NCBI GenBank assembly: GCA_964413605.1
Contig: CAYPSV010000001.1
Span: 47,628 to 111,627 of the forward strand
Direction of reading: 5' to 3'
From: an uncultured Candidatus Bathyarchaeia archaeon
GTDB lineage: Archaea; Thermoproteota; Bathyarchaeia; Bathyarchaeales; Bathycorpusculaceae
Length of the DNA stretch: 64,000 bases
Both the position numbers and the translations under genes were made by a program. Of the stretch, positions 61,418-64,000 are shown piece by piece. The notes beneath the pieces were generated by a model. It was not told the DNA's origin. It saw nothing but the letters and a program-made list of their open reading frames with translations, and did not search any database. Positions within the stretch are counted from its first letter, which is position 1; each line of letters opens with the position of its first letter.

Positions 61418-62081
61418 GTGGAATTGAAGCGTTATTTGGATACCCTTGGCTTTCCCATGTTCCAAGGTAATCTGGGTTGTCGGATAATTCGATTTTTGTT
61501 GGCCATTTTATCCATTTGTAGCCAAATTGGCTTTCCGCGACAAGTTGGAAGGGGAAACCTCGTTCGGGTGGAAGCGTTATTCCATTCATCTTGTAGGCCA
61601 TGATGATGTTTTTGCTTGTTAGGTAATCTAGCGGAAGAGAGGTTGAGTAGCCATCGCTGGCGTAAAAGATTGCTGCAACTGCATTGGAGTTAACTCCTGC
61701 TTCGTCTAATAGGTCGCTTACAAGGAATCCTTCCCAGAGGATTTTTGCAGACCACCCTTGAACACAATGAAGAGTCACAACTTTTTGGTAGCTCTGAAAA
61801 CCATCGAGCACTTCATTGTATGATAATTCTAATGTCTTGTTCACTAATCCAGTGACTTCCAATCGATAGGTTGAGATATTGAAGGTTTGGGTTCCCCTGA
61901 TGGCGTTGTTAACAACATCGTTGATTAATGACAAGTTTTGGCCTTGATAGTCTGTGACTTCTCCCGGATAGAGCATTTTGGGTTGGTTCTGATAGTAGTT
62001 AACTCCCACGAAGAACAGGGCTAAAAATGCAAAGGCGAACAAAACTGCAATCCATTGTCGAAAACGCTTAATCTTTTCCAT
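61404..62081 (-). CDS. Molybdopterin-binding oxidoreductase domain protein (sulfite-oxidase / MsrP-YedY fold), N-terminal TM anchor
   Basis: TLHCVQGWSAKILWEGF, GITLPPERGFPFQLV and GYKWIKW. N-terminal helix WIAVLFAFAFLALFFVGV. Confidence 0.8.
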   Translation of the reverse strand: MEKIKRFRQWIAVLFAFAFLALFFVGVNYYQNQPKMLYPGEVTDYQGQNLSLINDVVNNAIRGTQTFNISTYRLEVTGLVNKTLELSYNEVLDGFQSYQKVVTLHCVQGWSAKILWEGFLVSDLLDEAGVNSNAVAAIFYASDGYSTSLPLDYLTSKNIIMAYKMNGITLPPERGFPFQLVAESQFGYKWIKWPTKIELSDNPDYLGTWESQGYPNNASIPPNFP

Positions 62082-62202
62082 AAAAGCTTCAATTATAAAA
62101 ACGGGAAAACAAGGGTTTAAACATACCTGAAAGATGTTTCAGAAGAAATCTTTCTGTTAGAGAGCAGTTTCCGTTTTTGTGGGAAGGACTTTTCAGTATG
62201 TA

Positions 62203-62943
62203 TTATTTTGCTGTTGTTCGTTTCATCCAATCATGAGCAAAGATCTCTGCTTTACCGTTTTCGATTCCTTCAACTATGCGTTGGGCGATGTATTCGGCTG
62301 TGTCTGCTTTTGCCCATGCTTCTTGTGCTTCCGAGTTTTCCTCCCATTGTTGGGTTGATGCGTCTTTGATTGTGTTTTTTTCAAAGTCAGTTAGAGTAAT
62401 GTAAGGGTAAACTACGTTTACAATTATTTTGTCTTCTTTGAGTTCTTCTCTTGCAACGAGACTGATTTGGTCTAGTGCTGCTTTTACCGCTGAGTAGGGT
62501 CCCATGTTGGGTAAGAACATTAAAGCTGTTCCTGAACTAATGTTGATGATTGAGCCTCCGCCTTGTTTGCGCATGATAGGAATAGCTTCTTTCATTGCAA
62601 TTACTGGACCTACAAAATCTAAATCAAACAAATAATGCAAGATTTCAGGATCTGTTTTCTCAACTGGGGCGTCATATCCGAGACCTGCGTTGTTAACTAA
62701 GATGTCGATTCTTCTAAAATGCTGGTAGGCTTGCTTTATTGTTTTTTTCACTTGATCAACTTTGGATAGGTCTGAAACAATTACCAATGAACCCGCCAAT
62801 TCTTCTGCTATGGCTTCCAGTTTATCTTTGGATCGAGCAACTAAAACCAGTTTAGCTCCCTTTTTGAAGAGTAATTTGGCGGTGGCTAACCCTATTCCTG
62901 CCGATGCACCTGTTACTACGGCAACTTTGCCTTTGACATCCAT
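62203..62943 (-). CDS. Short-chain dehydrogenase/reductase (SDR)
   Basis: VAVVTGASAGIGLA (TGxxxGxG), NNAG and the catalytic YSAVKAAL. Confidence 0.9.
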   Translation of the reverse strand: MDVKGKVAVVTGASAGIGLATAKLLFKKGAKLVLVARSKDKLEAIAEELAGSLVIVSDLSKVDQVKKTIKQAYQHFRRIDILVNNAGLGYDAPVEKTDPEILHYLFDLDFVGPVIAMKEAIPIMRKQGGGSIINISSGTALMFLPNMGPYSAVKAALDQISLVAREELKEDKIIVNVVYPYITLTDFEKNTIKDASTQQWEENSEAQEAWAKADTAEYIAQRIVEGIENGKAEIFAHDWMKRTTAK

Positions 62944-62998
62944 GCAAAACACGTTAAACATAAGGAAAACATCGCTTTATTAAAATAATTTCCCAAAA

Positions 62999-63415
62999 TT
63001 AAGGTGCTTGAGCTTTTTCGCGGAGAGTTTGAAGATAGTTGGGTAAGCTCTCAATGAACTGATTTTCATGTCCAGTTAACCCACGCAGGTCTTTCCAGAA
63101 TCGTACGTTAACTTTGATTTTTAATCGTTCCAAATCACATTTTAGGCGTTTTGTGCCTTCTCTGCCGCGTCTATCAAAATCTAACAAAAGTATTATCTGT
63201 GGACTGTGGAGCTTTTCTATTTCTGTTGTTGCTTCAAGAAAGCTTTTGCCGCCTGTTTTCACGGTTAAAATTTTTCCTTTAACGCCTAAGTCTATGAGGG
63301 CTTGTGCATCTTTTTTGCCTTCAACAACAATGGGCTTGTTCTTTGCTGTTTCTTCGGTTAGTTTGACTATGATTTGTTCGATTTTTTCGACTTTCTCTTT
63401 AAGATGAGTTGACAA
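62999..63415 (-). CDS. Toprim-domain protein (RNase M5-like small archaeal Toprim)
   Basis: IVVEGKKDAQAL and ILLLDFDRRGRE (the DxD motif). Confidence 0.7.
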   Translation of the reverse strand: MSTHLKEKVEKIEQIIVKLTEETAKNKPIVVEGKKDAQALIDLGVKGKILTVKTGGKSFLEATTEIEKLHSPQIILLLDFDRRGREGTKRLKCDLERLKIKVNVRFWKDLRGLTGHENQFIESLPNYLQTLREKAQAP

Positions 63416-63419
63416 TATT

Positions 63420-64000
63420 CTACCTTGTAATTTTTGCTTTCCGAACAGTTTCTAGGCATTCTTTGGCTTGTTTGTTGTTTTCGAAGTAGCGTCTAACTGG
63501 TTCTAGGATTTCTGTGAGTTCTGAAGCGACGCCGTTTTTGAGATCCATTGGATGTAGTTTGCCTTCGGTGAATGCGCGTTCAAGTTCTTGGATGTTCTGG
63601 AATTCTATGTTTCCGCCGAATTTTGTTGGGCGCTCGATTTTAAAGACTGGTTTTTCTCGGAATATTATGTATCGGCAGATGTCGATGATGGGGTTGAATT
63701 TGATGGTTCGTTCTGGGCAGAAGGCTTTTCCCATTTTTTGTTTGATTTCTTGGGGGGTGTCGTAGATGAATATGCATGTGTCGGGTTTGCTCTTTGACAT
63801 CTTGGCTGATGCGACTGCTTCTTTTTCTTGTCCTTCAGGGATGGGCCAAACTTTTGGTTTCTCCAAGCCTTGAAGTAAATGGTGGTGGACGCATACAGGT
63901 TTCCAGCAGCCGATTTTTTCGCCGATTTCTCTGCCGACCATGTTGGCTTTTCGTTGGTCCATGCCTAGCTGGCAGATTTTGACTTTCATGTGGAATATGT
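63420..64000 (-). CDS. tyrS: Tyrosyl-tRNA synthetase, archaeal type, partial (N-terminus outside window)
   Basis: GMDQRK..M..RE, KMSKSKP (the KMSKS loop) and FGGNIEF....ELE..F....LHPMDLKNGVA.EL..ILEPVR are collinear with M. jannaschii TyrRS as I remember it. The frame stays open to the window edge. Confidence 0.9.
   Translation of the reverse strand, partial: IFHMKVKICQLGMDQRKANMVGREIGEKIGCWKPVCVHHHLLQGLEKPKVWPIPEGQEKEAVASAKMSKSKPDTCIFIYDTPQEIKQKMGKAFCPERTIKFNPIIDICRYIIFREKPVFKIERPTKFGGNIEFQNIQELERAFTEGKLHPMDLKNGVASELTEILEPVRRYFENNKQAKECLETVRKAKITR

Overview
Gene-dense chromosomal segment of an archaeon. Archaeal hallmarks include GatD/GatE, two PurP, eS30, an Sm-like protein, Rio2, Elp3, an aEF-2-type GTPase, archaeal-type TyrRS, and tRNAs with encoded CCA. 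By eye it is moderately AT-rich, with many 4-nt ATGA/GTGA gene overlaps. I cannot assign a lineage from the sequence alone. A hydrogenase/Hdr plus glycan-metabolism gene set suggests an uncultured anaerobic TACK-type archaeon, but that is only a guess. Modules in order: (1) hdrC-hdrB-mvhG-mvhA plus a separated maturation protease; (2) a large glucan/trehalose cluster (GH13 branching enzyme, MscS, TreZ, GH57, TreY, MalQ, TreT, fused TPS/TPP); (3) purE / purC-purP-purP; (4) an atypical kinase, a divergent EF-2-like GTPase and Ogg; (5) tRNA-CAU; (6) MazG, YkgJ, orphan pyrI, Rio2 and Sm; (7) elp3-gatD-gatE plus two unknown wHTH-like ORFs; (8) eS30 and an 870-aa surface protein; (9) a 570-nt structured non-coding gap; (10) arsR / arsC; (11) tRNA-Leu followed by about 1 kb of gene-poor DNA; (12) SagB-type dehydrogenase, Bcp and DsrE-TusA-IscS-IscU-Cys micro-ORF; (13) an SGNH/AT3 array in the order SGNH-AT3-SGNH-SGNH-AT3; (14) assorted membrane and redox genes, with partial tyrS at the edge. 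I found no rRNA, CRISPR array, transposase or integrase. The best candidates for new biology are the split AT3/SGNH array, the HdrCB-MvhGA operon lacking HdrA/MvhD, the divergent EF-2 paralogue, the two unknown ORFs coupled to gatDE, and several repeat or hairpin elements in unusually long intergenic regions. All functional calls rest on motifs I recognise by eye; no database search was run.
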